Source of the DNA: a virus
Taxonomy: Duplodnaviria > Heunggongvirae > Uroviricota > Caudoviricetes
Virus record (IMG/VR): IMGVR_UViG_2671180411_000016
Length of the DNA: 40,851 nt
Strand: one strand, 5' to 3'
Made by a program: the position numbers and the translations under genes. Positions 18,497 to 26,918 of this stretch are shown one piece after another. Positions within the stretch are counted from its first letter, which is position 1, and each line of letters starts with the position of its first letter. The notes under the pieces were generated by a model. That model searched no databases and was not told where the DNA came from. It saw only the letters and a list, made by a program, of their open reading frames with translations.

Positions 18497-19954
18497 TTAG
18501 GAGCGCCAAAAAAAACCTGAAAACAATATAATAACAGGATAAATTTCAAGGCGACCAAGAATCATAGCTATGCACATTAAATATTTTGCAATGTCATTAA
18601 GCACTCCGAATGACGATGCAGTAGCCCCAAAACCTAATCCCATATTATTAATACATGCAGCCACTGTTGCAAATGATGTAAGAAAATCATATCCCATACC
18701 ATTTAACACCAGTATAAAAAACACCGTGAAGAGAGTATAAAGAAAAAAGAAACTCCATACAGACCTCATTACACGATCTGTAACTATCTTCCCTCCTACA
18801 TTTACACTCAACAACGCTCTGGGATGAGAAAGCTGATTTATCTCGTGTTTGCTTTGTTTGAAAAGTATAAGAAATCGAAGTGACTTAATTCCACCACAGG
18901 TTGAACCTATACATCCCCCAAAGAAACTTGACAACAGCAAAAACACTATCGTGTGCGTGGGCCAGTTTGCATAATCCTGCGTAGCTAAACCATTATCAGT
19001 GAGCATGGAGCTGGCAAGAAAAAACGAATGAATAAAACTTCCATGCAAGTCATACATACCTATATGCCAGACCTGGAAAGAGGTAACAATGATCACCCCT
19101 AAGGCTATTAACAGAAAGAAACGAAGTTCAATATCTCTGATTAAAGGTTTTATCGTTTTTCTGCTAATAACAATATACCAAAGAGTGAAGTTGAAAGCCG
19201 ATAGCAGGGAAAAAGAACCAGCCACCAGCTCAACCAAATAGTTATTAAAATATCCGATACTCTCGCTATGAGTTGAGAAACCACCAAGCGAAACTGTGGA
19301 AATCCCGTGACAAATAGCATCAAACAAAGGCATTCCTGCAAGTCTATAACAGACAATACAAGCAATACCTAATAAAGAATAAGTTATCCACAGTGTCCGT
19401 GACGTATCGGCCAGGCGGGGAGTGAGTTTGTCATCCTTAAATGGCCCCGGCATTTCTGACTGATAAAGCTTTGCACCACCAATACCCAATAATGGCAATA
19501 CTGCAACCGCCAGAACAATAACTCCTAAACCACCTATAAAATTTAACTGTGACCGATAGTACAAATATGCCCGAGGTAATGAACTAACATCATCAATTAC
19601 AGTTGCTCCTGTTGTTGTTATTCCAGAAACCCCTTCAAACAGAGCATCAATGAACGTTAAATTAAGTTCTGAGTCAATCCATAAAGGGAATGCACTAATA
19701 ACAGAAAACAAAATCCAAAACATTACAATTATAATAAACCCATCACGGGTACGTAATTGAATGCCAGATTTCTTAGTTGTATACCACGCTCCGCCACCAA
19801 TGCAAAAAAATATAACGAAAGTTATAAAGAAAACGAACAGGCTTTTTTCTTTATAAAACAATGCTACAACCATTGGTGGCAACATTGAAAGACTATAGAG
19901 CCAAACCAGGAACCCACACATATGAGTAACAACTCTTACATGAGATGTATTCAT
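18497..19954 (-). CDS. trkG: TrkG potassium uptake protein (TrkH family)
   Basis: Polytopic membrane protein; from ATG 19954 (MNTSHVRVV) it is 485 aa, matching remembered TrkG; AT-rich relative to neighbouring phage genes. Confidence 0.9.
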   Translation of the reverse strand: MNTSHVRVVTHMCGFLVWLYSLSMLPPMVVALFYKEKSLFVFFITFVIFFCIGGGAWYTTKKSGIQLRTRDGFIIIVMFWILFSVISAFPLWIDSELNLTFIDALFEGVSGITTTGATVIDDVSSLPRAYLYYRSQLNFIGGLGVIVLAVAVLPLLGIGGAKLYQSEMPGPFKDDKLTPRLADTSRTLWITYSLLGIACIVCYRLAGMPLFDAICHGISTVSLGGFSTHSESIGYFNNYLVELVAGSFSLLSAFNFTLWYIVISRKTIKPLIRDIELRFFLLIALGVIIVTSFQVWHIGMYDLHGSFIHSFFLASSMLTDNGLATQDYANWPTHTIVFLLLSSFFGGCIGSTCGGIKSLRFLILFKQSKHEINQLSHPRALLSVNVGGKIVTDRVMRSVWSFFFLYTLFTVFFILVLNGMGYDFLTSFATVAACINNMGLGFGATASSFGVLNDIAKYLMCIAMILGRLEIYPVIILFSGFFWRS

Positions 19955-20091
19955 ATCTAAATATTCTTTCAATTATAACCACCTTGCTGCAATATTATGA
20001 TTATACTGTATAAAATTTAACTCCTCTTAGATCTTACTTCACTGTTCCTTATGAAACAATCATCAAAATGAATCATATTGTAGTTAAGATT

Positions 20092-20738
20092 TTACTTTAA
20101 ACACTGCTCGGTTATGTATTGCTGAGCACCTTCAAGTTGGGCCTGCATCATTACCAGTCGTTCCCGGAGGGTGAAATAATCCCGTTCAGCGGTGTCTGCC
20201 AGTCGGGGGGAGGCTGCATTATCCACGCCGGAGGCGGTGGTGGCTTCACGCACTGACTGACAGACTGCTTTGATGTGCAACCGACGACGACCAGCGGCAA
20301 CATCATCACGCAGAGCATCATTTTCAGCTTTCGCATCAGCTAACTCCTTCGTGTATTTTGCATCGAGCGCAGCAACATCACGCTGACGCATCTGCATNNN
20401 NNNNNNNNNNNNNNNNNNNNNNNNNNNNNNNNNNNNNNNNNNNNNNNNNNNNNNNNNNNNNNNNNNNNNNNNNNNNNNNNNNNNNNNNNNNNNNNNNNNN
20501 NNNNNNNNNNNNNNNNNNNNNNNNNNNNNNNNNNNNNNNNNNNNNNNNNNNNNNNNNNNNNNNNNNNNNNNNNNNNNNNNNNNNNNNNNNNNNNNNNNNN
20601 NNNNNNNNNNNNNNNNNNNNNNNNNNNNNNNNNNNNNNNNNNNNNNATGGCGTTATCACGGTAATGATTAACAGCCCACGACAGGCAGACGATGATGCAA
20701 ATAACCAGAGCGGAGATAATCGCGGTTACCCTGCTCAT
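20092..20738 (-). CDS. Rz i-spanin (interrupted by N-run 20398..20646; frames on the two sides differ as given)
   Basis: N-terminal TM segment [21 protein letters not shown]; C-terminal piece contains the embedded Rz1 frame; ATG overlaps the endolysin stop (ATGA). Confidence 0.8.
20151..20336 (-). CDS. Rz1 o-spanin lipoprotein, embedded in the Rz frame
   Basis: 61 aa, lipobox VVGC, proline-rich (PPPPP, PPP) C-terminal part. Confidence 0.8.
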   Translation of the reverse strand: MRKLKMMLCVMMLPLVVVGCTSKQSVSQCVKPPPPPAWIMQPPPDWQTPLNGIISPSGNDW

Positions 20739-21232
20739 TGTTGACCCCACAAACAGACTTCACGCTCAATCTCACGACGGGTCATCAGCCCTTTCCATTG
20801 CTTACCGCCAGCATATGTCCAGCGACGTAGCTGATCACATGCGCCTTTGATATCGCCCTGGTTTATTTTGCGAAGAAGCGTCGATGTTCTGAAATTACCA
20901 GCACCCACGTTGTAAACGAACGAGTAAAGAGCGCCGCGCGTTGTTTCCGGTATATCGACTTTGATGTACGGGTTAATTTGTCTGGCGACAGTGGCAAGGT
21001 CTTTATTCAAGAGTGTTTTGCATTCTGCTTTGGTATACGTTTTACCGAGCATGATGTCTTTTCCTGTATGCCCGTGACATACAGTCCATACACCAACAAT
21101 ATCTTTGTATGGTATGTAGCTGACACCTTCCAGACCATCGTTACCACTTGGGCCAGTGATTAACACTGATGCTATAGCAATTGCTCCGCCACCAATAGCA
21201 GCAGCAACGACTTTTCGTAATGATGGAGGCAT
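20735..21232 (-). CDS. SAR endolysin (phage 21 R-type lysozyme)
   Basis: 165 aa; N-terminal Gly/Ala-rich signal-anchor-release segment [18 protein letters not shown]; GAGGTG Shine-Dalgarno. Confidence 0.9.
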   Translation of the reverse strand: MPPSLRKVVAAAIGGGAIAIASVLITGPSGNDGLEGVSYIPYKDIVGVWTVCHGHTGKDIMLGKTYTKAECKTLLNKDLATVARQINPYIKVDIPETTRGALYSFVYNVGAGNFRTSTLLRKINQGDIKGACDQLRRWTYAGGKQWKGLMTRREIEREVCLWGQQ

Positions 21233-21447
21233 TATTCACCTCTCGCAGCCTTGCGCTTATCTTCTTTAATCTTGAAATAAAGGTTTGTCAGGTACGTCAG
21301 CAGGCCAAATACCAGACTACCCAGCACACCGATTGCAGCCCACTGTGACGGAGTTACTCTATCGAGCAACTGTAAAAACCAGTAGCCAGCACTGCCTGCG
21401 GAGGTGCCGTAGGCAATGCCTGTTGAAATTTTGTCCATGGATTTCAT
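21232..21447 (-). CDS. pinholin (phage 21 S-type) with dual start MKSMDK
   Basis: From [26 protein letters not shown]... = 71 aa with a second start 3 codons in; GGAGGTG Shine-Dalgarno; stop overlaps the endolysin start. Confidence 0.85.
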   Translation of the reverse strand: MKSMDKISTGIAYGTSAGSAGYWFLQLLDRVTPSQWAAIGVLGSLVFGLLTYLTNLYFKIKEDKRKAARGE

Positions 21448-21544
21448 AGCCTCACCTCCGCACGGAACGGATGGCATAGTTATTATGTGTAGGCTTTCAG
21501 ACACATCAATCAGAGCCTTAATTGATATATATGCTGGAGACGAT

Positions 21545-21573
21545 GCAATATAAAAAGCTCGCCGTAGCGAGCT
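21545..21573 (-). terminator. intrinsic terminator (AGCTCGC-CGTA-GCGAGCT plus T-run) between the lipoprotein genes and the holin
   Basis: Perfect 7 bp inverted repeat at 21556..21573; followed on the minus strand by TTTTTATATT. Confidence 0.55.
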
Positions 21574-21698
21574 AATAAAATGTATTTCTCTGATATTATG
21601 TTTATTTGTATTAGCTCAGACTTGACATCACAGGTTTCGTATATAGAACATCATCAAATCTGTCAGTTTGCTATGAATGAGATATAGTAATTGAAGAG

Positions 21699-22094
21699 CT
21701 AACCTCGCATGTCAAAGCCAGATTTCTGAAAATCTCTGTAGACTTCCGGATTGTTGAAGGCCGGAAATTTGGCTTTATGAGCTGCGGACTTTATCGCTTC
21801 GCAATAGGCTTTATCACCGTTACTGGTAGATATTTTTAACGCCGTGCCATCCTGAGAGAATTCCATATGCAACCTGCATTTTTTCCCTTTCCAGTTATGC
21901 GGCTCATCAAGTTTGGCATTAATTGCAGCTCTGATTCCCCGCGCTTGCGCCCCCCATTCATCCTGATCATCCCAGCGTCCTGAACTGCAACTACCTGTAG
22001 CAGTAGTTTTGTGGCAATCTGAAGGGTGTAAAGGTGTGCATCCCGCAACAAAACCGACCCAAAAAGTCAACATAACGATTTTCTTTAATCCCAC
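21699..22094 (-). CDS. lipoprotein with TolA C-terminal (domain III)-like domain, paralog 1
   Basis: 131 aa, signal peptide plus lipobox VAGC; C-terminal region is paralogous to the second lipoprotein and resembles the remembered C-terminus of E. coli TolA. Confidence 0.65.
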   Translation of the reverse strand: MGLKKIVMLTFWVGFVAGCTPLHPSDCHKTTATGSCSSGRWDDQDEWGAQARGIRAAINAKLDEPHNWKGKKCRLHMEFSQDGTALKISTSNGDKAYCEAIKSAAHKAKFPAFNNPEVYRDFQKSGFDMRG

Positions 22095-22244
22095 TTCTTG
22101 CTCCTCAATCCATTAAAATCTCAGCAATAGTAGTTGTTACGTCCGCCACTGGCTCAGAGCTGACTATCCGCTAAATTTAGCTCAGTGCCGTAGCTGTGTC
22201 AGAACAAACCTAAGCCGAAACCGTTTATTACAAAACAATAAATA

Positions 22245-22673
22245 TCAGGGTTTAAAATCCAGCACCCCATTTTGAAATACTTTATATACTTCCGGCGAAG
22301 GGGGGGCAGGTATATCAGCATTCTTTATCGCATTCATCGCTTCACGACATAAATCGAGGTCTCCACTTTCTCTTTTAACCTCCAGTAGAAGGCCATTCGG
22401 GGCCATATGCATTCTCAGTGTACACTCTTTTCCTGAATACTTACTCGCATCCCCGAACTGTTTTTCGATGGCGCTCTTGATTTGATGGGCATACAGACGG
22501 ATATCCTCACTAACATCAGAAGTACGTTCAGATGAACTCACATACTGTGTCTCTATTGCTTTATCGGAGTAATATGATGTACGGTCATGATAATTTGTCG
22601 ATACAGCATCAGTGCACCCGATAATAATCCCACTAATAATCAACGTAAGAATTGATGCGCTACGAAAACCCAT
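22245..22673 (-). CDS. lipoprotein with TolA C-terminal (domain III)-like domain, paralog 2
   Basis: 142 aa, lipobox IIGC; ...SGKECTLRMHMAPNGLLLEVKRESGDLDLCREAMNAIKNADIPAPPSPEVYKVFQNGVLDFKP resembles the remembered TolA C-terminus (...CTLRIKLAPDGMLLDIKPEGGDPALC...YEVFKNAPLDFKP). Confidence 0.7.
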   Translation of the reverse strand: MGFRSASILTLIISGIIIGCTDAVSTNYHDRTSYYSDKAIETQYVSSSERTSDVSEDIRLYAHQIKSAIEKQFGDASKYSGKECTLRMHMAPNGLLLEVKRESGDLDLCREAMNAIKNADIPAPPSPEVYKVFQNGVLDFKP

Positions 22674-22788
22674 TTTTCCTCACATATGTCATATAGTAAA
22701 GGATTATATATACCGTTGTTTTGGACGCTCAAACAGCGAATCAGATCAAATAAAACGCACATTTGTTAACATTTACACAAAGTCTGCG

Positions 22789-22809
22789 TGGGATATTCTG
22801 AAAGAATAT
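22789..22809. promoter_or_regulatory. perfect palindrome GGATATTCT-GAA-AGAATATCC upstream of the lipoprotein genes
   Basis: 9 bp arms that are exact reverse complements, read directly. Confidence 0.5.
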
Positions 22810-23610
22810 CCATAATGTGGAGAGAATCTATTGAAGTGCATGGTGCCGGGTGCCTCCCGGTGAACAAAATGTTCGTGATACCTGTCGGCGACAGAAAAGG
22901 TTAATGGTATCACCCCACCGCACAGGGGGATTCACCATGCAGGAGTTTTCTTAGCAAACTCACTGCGCGCCCGGCAACTCCCAACCACATAAAATGCGGA
23001 GTTTGTGGCATTTATGCATATAACTCGCAGGAATTATCTTAAAAAACTGATGTCGATCCGGATTAAAAAGAAGCAGGTCATCATCAGATGACTGGAAAAA
23101 AGGAAAACAAAAAATACTCATCATACAGTTTTGATTGCAGGGATGAGCCTGCTATGCACAATATGCAGAATATAAGCAAGATAAAAATATGCAGGCATAT
23201 TATTTCGGATCTTGTTATTAACACAACCTTTTTAATAATCATTTGGCATACAATAAACCAGCCCAAAAAGAACCGCCTAAACAGGCGGTTGGTCAATACA
23301 AAGGATGCTTCGTCTTTATTATAGTAATCTGAGGCGTCGGGTGTCTTGTATCAGACAACATATTGTCCCGCTAAACAGCGAATTACAAACCACCCTGCAA
23401 TGATCTCTCATCTCATTTTATATGAGTTGACGACATCAGGATAACGCATCATCAGCCCCTGCCAAGAAATATCAAAACTCCCGCCAGCAATGTGTTATCA
23501 CAATATTGTAAAAAAAACACAGCACCGAAACTATAACTGGTCTCTGTTATAATTTGGAGCAGAAAGACCAGTTGCCCAACTAGCAGCATTCTCCCCTGCT
23601 TTCCTGACGT

Positions 23611-23637
23611 AAAAAAACCGCATTAAGCGGTTTTTTT
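23611..23637 (-). terminator. intrinsic terminator downstream of Q (AAAAAAACCGC-ATTAA-GCGGTTTTTTT), candidate tR'
   Basis: Bidirectional hairpin with A/T runs on both sides, about 80 nt downstream of the Q stop. Confidence 0.65.
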
Positions 23638-23717
23638 ACGATGTCCATGTCTGCAATCCGCCTCGCGATACAGCTTTGCGAAGCATAGCAAAATTGAAGC
23701 AGTTTATACGTAAGAAA

Positions 23718-24260
23718 TCAAGCCATTTTCTCAGCAAATGATTCACGCATGGGAATATATAGGGCATACTCAGCAACAGCTAACCAATTAGCAATCCGTT
23801 TTTCGCATGTGCTAAAACACCACTCTGGGTGTGCATCATTTAGCAATTCAGCCATTTTGCGCTTAGTCATCCCCCGCCCTTCATAGCGTTGCCGGAGAAT
23901 GCAAATCAATCCTGGATGCTCTGCCAGCACCTCACTTATGACTCGATCAATACATAACGCCTCTGCATCAGTACAATGCGCCAGCCAGCTCTTTTGCTTG
24001 CCGTTGATCATCTCTCGCAAAAACGCTTCCAGCTCAGCTTTCTCTATTCCCGCTTTTTTCATTCTGCGCAGGGCTTCATTAATGGCTGTTTTCGTCAGTT
24101 TTTTGGATGCCAACAACTGATTGAACATATTCCCTGACCTGCCACCGCCAATATACGACCAGCGCCCCCACATACGTAGTTTTCCCTGAATCCAGACACT
24201 TTCCAGCGTGGTGAGGCGAAGGTGTTCTCCGCTTTTTCCTGTATTCGTTGGGTAAATCAT
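23718..24260 (-). CDS. late gene antiterminator Q
   Basis: 180 aa ORF immediately upstream of the late terminator and lysis genes; general character of lambdoid Q-family proteins. Confidence 0.75.
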   Translation of the reverse strand: MIYPTNTGKSGEHLRLTTLESVWIQGKLRMWGRWSYIGGGRSGNMFNQLLASKKLTKTAINEALRRMKKAGIEKAELEAFLREMINGKQKSWLAHCTDAEALCIDRVISEVLAEHPGLICILRQRYEGRGMTKRKMAELLNDAHPEWCFSTCEKRIANWLAVAEYALYIPMRESFAEKMA

Positions 24261-24547
24261 AAATGACCTTTCTTTCTCCAGATTTCTTGTGTGCGAAAAA
24301 CCCCTTCAGCATGCATCAGGCGCAATTCTTCTTTGGTGTAATCGCTGGTTTTTACCCGCCCGTCGATTAGATCGTGGCATGAGCTACAGGCTATCGCCGC
24401 CTGCATATCATGTGGTTTTGTCGCTGTTCCGCACGTCCCCGCCAGCCTGTAATGCGCCAGCACAGAGGTTTCGGGATTGTGATTGCAGTAGCCAGGGATT
24501 CTGATCTGGCACATCTGGCCTTTAGCCGCTTTACGTAAATTCACCAT
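24257..24547 (-). CDS. YbcO-like nin-region protein (Cys-rich, putative Zn-binding nuclease)
   Basis: 96 aa with CxxxxxxxC...C and CSSCHDLIDGR motifs; resembles remembered DLP12 YbcO. Confidence 0.65.
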   Translation of the reverse strand: MVNLRKAAKGQMCQIRIPGYCNHNPETSVLAHYRLAGTCGTATKPHDMQAAIACSSCHDLIDGRVKTSDYTKEELRLMHAEGVFRTQEIWRKKGHL

Positions 24548-25146
24548 TACGCAAACTCCAGTAGTTGTGCGGCCACATTTTCAACTTCCTCCTGAGAGGA
24601 GAATTTACGGAACAGAATCCAGTTCCACAGCACATTCAGTACAGATTTATAAACCTGCTGAAACTCGACTTCGTCCATATTCGCAAAAGCGATGGATTTT
24701 GCCCGACGCCCACGGCTACCGTCCGGATAAATATGCTCGGTGTAAAATCCGGCCTGAATGGTTACCCACTCGCGGAAAGCCTCAAACGACTTTAGCAACG
24801 CCGTATCCCGGGTTCTACGAGTCGCAACGGTGTTAAGGTATTGCTCTGCGGCATCACTCAGGGCTGGCGTGTGTTCCCGACCAACTGATTCGCACAGGTA
24901 ATCAACGAAACCAGACAGCAGTTCTCGTTCGCGAGGCGTGATCGCCCCACCGACCGGAGTCCAGTAATCGAATCCCAGTTGCAGGAGTTTGAAAAAACGC
25001 TTGTGGAATGCGTAGTTACGCACACGCTTAAAGTCTGCGTGTATCCACTCACCTATTTTGATTTGATGCAGAAAATCGCAACTCTCCGGCGTCGCCGGGA
25101 GAAGTAAACCAGAAGAGGTTTGTTTGACCAGTTGTATATGCGCCAT
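24547..25146 (-). CDS. uncharacterized nin-region protein
   Basis: 199 aa ORF, stop/start abutting the ybcO-like gene; no family confidently recognised. Confidence 0.5.
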   Translation of the reverse strand: MAHIQLVKQTSSGLLLPATPESCDFLHQIKIGEWIHADFKRVRNYAFHKRFFKLLQLGFDYWTPVGGAITPRERELLSGFVDYLCESVGREHTPALSDAAEQYLNTVATRRTRDTALLKSFEAFREWVTIQAGFYTEHIYPDGSRGRRAKSIAFANMDEVEFQQVYKSVLNVLWNWILFRKFSSQEEVENVAAQLLEFA

Positions 25147-25426
25147 TTCTCAATCTCTCGATGGCGCAGCGCAGCAGATGCCAGTTGTTCAGGCTGACGA
25201 ATAAAGTATAAATAAACTGGCTATGGTGTAAAGCCCCACATAGCATGAACAAACACTACATATCAAATAGCTGGTACAAGGATAGAAATACGACACTTAT
25301 TATTAAAAACGATTAGATAAATTACATTTTAATGTTATGCAAAAGTTCTTTTTTATCATAACATTTCAATAAAAGCATTACAGATGCAATCATCCCGTCA
25401 TCATCAATTATTTAAGGTGGTTAAAC

Positions 25427-25513
25427 ATGGAAAATAACAAGTTCGCACATCTCGCTCCTTTTTTATCCGTAATCCTTTTCGCTTGTTGTTTTATATGGGC
25501 ATTATTTTTATAA
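25427..25513 (+). CDS. 28-codon hydrophobic peptide ORF (MENNKFAHLAPFLSVILFACCFIWALFL)
   Basis: ATG preceded by AAGGTGG at a 6 nt spacing; single predicted TM helix; lies in an 0.8 kb AT-rich non-coding stretch; below the ORF-track length cutoff. Confidence 0.4.
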   Translation: MENNKFAHLAPFLSVILFACCFIWALFL

Positions 25514-25959
25514 AGTAGCCACATGATAAGTTGCTGGAATCATATTTCCCACTCAAGTCATTAACATTTGATAAGATATATCTAAAAGGACGCCTTTACA
25601 TTATTTATGCGTATATAATTTATTTATATACACAGTAAAGGTATCCTGGGAAAATATTTATCGTTAAAAAATACATCATAAATAATTAAGCTGAAATTTC
25701 AGAACACAACTAATACACACAATAAGGTTCAGTAACAGTAATCTATGTGGACTACATCGAGATTTTTTGATTAAACTTTAATAACTTATTCCTAACACAC
25801 AGAATGCATAAACTAAAAGTAAAACAAATAGTTATACGAAAAACAACCATATTTATTCTATCTTCTCCTCTAATCAACATATCAATTATGTGTTTCATAA
25901 CAGCTTGACATAACCCTCCAAAAGATGCATTTTTAATGCATGTTTTGGAGGAGGTGGTT

Positions 25960-26298
25960 ATGACACACAAGAGAATTCCTAAAGATTGGGTAATCAAACG
26001 CTCAACTCCGTTCTTCACAAAAGAGAACGTACCTTCAGCGTTATTAACACATCATAATACAGCAGCAGGTGTTTTTGGGCAGTTGTGCGTAATGGAAGGC
26101 ACTGTAACATATTATGGTTTTACTGATGAGAATGCTACTGAACCGGAGATAAAAGTAGTCATTAATGCTGGCGCTTTTGCAACAAGCCCACCACAATACT
26201 GGCACCGTGTTGAACTAAGCGATGATGCTCAGTTTAATATTAACTTTTGGGTCGCTCCAGACTTTTCGGGCGAAAAAGTCTATAGCACCAAAAAATAG
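25960..26298 (+). CDS. DUF1971-like small cupin protein (TehB-associated family)
   Basis: ORF 25936..26298; second ATG at 25960 is preceded by GGAGGAGGTGG; motif HHNTAAGVFGQL...EGTVTYYGF fits the remembered DUF1971 pattern. Confidence 0.6.
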   Translation: MTHKRIPKDWVIKRSTPFFTKENVPSALLTHHNTAAGVFGQLCVMEGTVTYYGFTDENATEPEIKVVINAGAFATSPPQYWHRVELSDDAQFNINFWVAPDFSGEKVYSTKK

Positions 26299-26327
26299 AT
26301 GATCATATTAAAAATGCTTTAACAGTC

Positions 26328-26366
26328 AGACCCGGCAGGGCTATCCCCGACGGGTCTCATTTTTGT
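26328..26366 (+). terminator. intrinsic terminator after the DUF1971-like gene
   Basis: AGACCCG...CGGGTCT stem with inner GGG/CCC pairing, followed by CATTTTTGT. Confidence 0.55.
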
Positions 26367-26918
26367 AAATATATTGGTTCTACATTGACAGGAGACTTCA
26401 ACCATAAGAAGTAATCTGAATACTTGAGCAATAAATTTACTTAAGATTAATGAGCGCACCTTGCCGGACAAAGATAAACCAAGGTAACACCTTTTTTCTA
26501 GCCAGTATGTAATCAATCAGAAAGCCGCTCCATAAGAACAACAGCAAGACAATAAATTGCCATTACAGCCGCAATAGCCAGCGCACATTTGAGAACCAGC
26601 ACGACAACCCCCTGTATTAGACGCACACCAGTCCTGATAAATATGAGGCTGTCTCGTCAGTGATTCAATACAACTATTGGGTATAGTTTCTGTGATTTTA
26701 TTCTGTAGAAATGGAACACAACAACCAGTCACCACCAGCACTTCCTTAAATGCTCTAAGTCAGAAACAAGCCAACATTTTAGTCCGCTTTGAGCGATCTG
26801 CAGACATTGCTAGCAGCCTTCTGTGTGAATTCTCAGGGAGCAGGTCGGCATAGCATCACGTTGAGGCTCTTACCCTACTTGTTCACACCAACCCTAACTC
26901 CACAGACTGATTCATAAA

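Noticed and set aside
20398-20646. N-run inside Rz
   Set aside because: Masked bases; the apparent frame change across it cannot be interpreted as a real frameshift.
22612-22815. 67 aa plus-strand ORF upstream of the lipoprotein genes
   Set aside because: It overlaps the start of the second lipoprotein gene and the 22789..22809 palindrome; the region is more plausibly regulatory.
22674-23600. Possible tRNA genes downstream of Q, as found in some Stx phages
   Set aside because: No cloverleaf-compatible sequence or conserved T-loop motif found by eye; a tRNA scan would be needed to be certain.
24079-24312. 77 aa ORF overlapping the Q / ybcO-like junction
   Set aside because: Falls entirely inside two better-supported genes in another frame.
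26517-26741. Cysteine-rich 74 aa ORF downstream of the GNAT-like gene
   Set aside because: No ribosome-binding site seen; composition is consistent with chance translation of a non-coding stretch.
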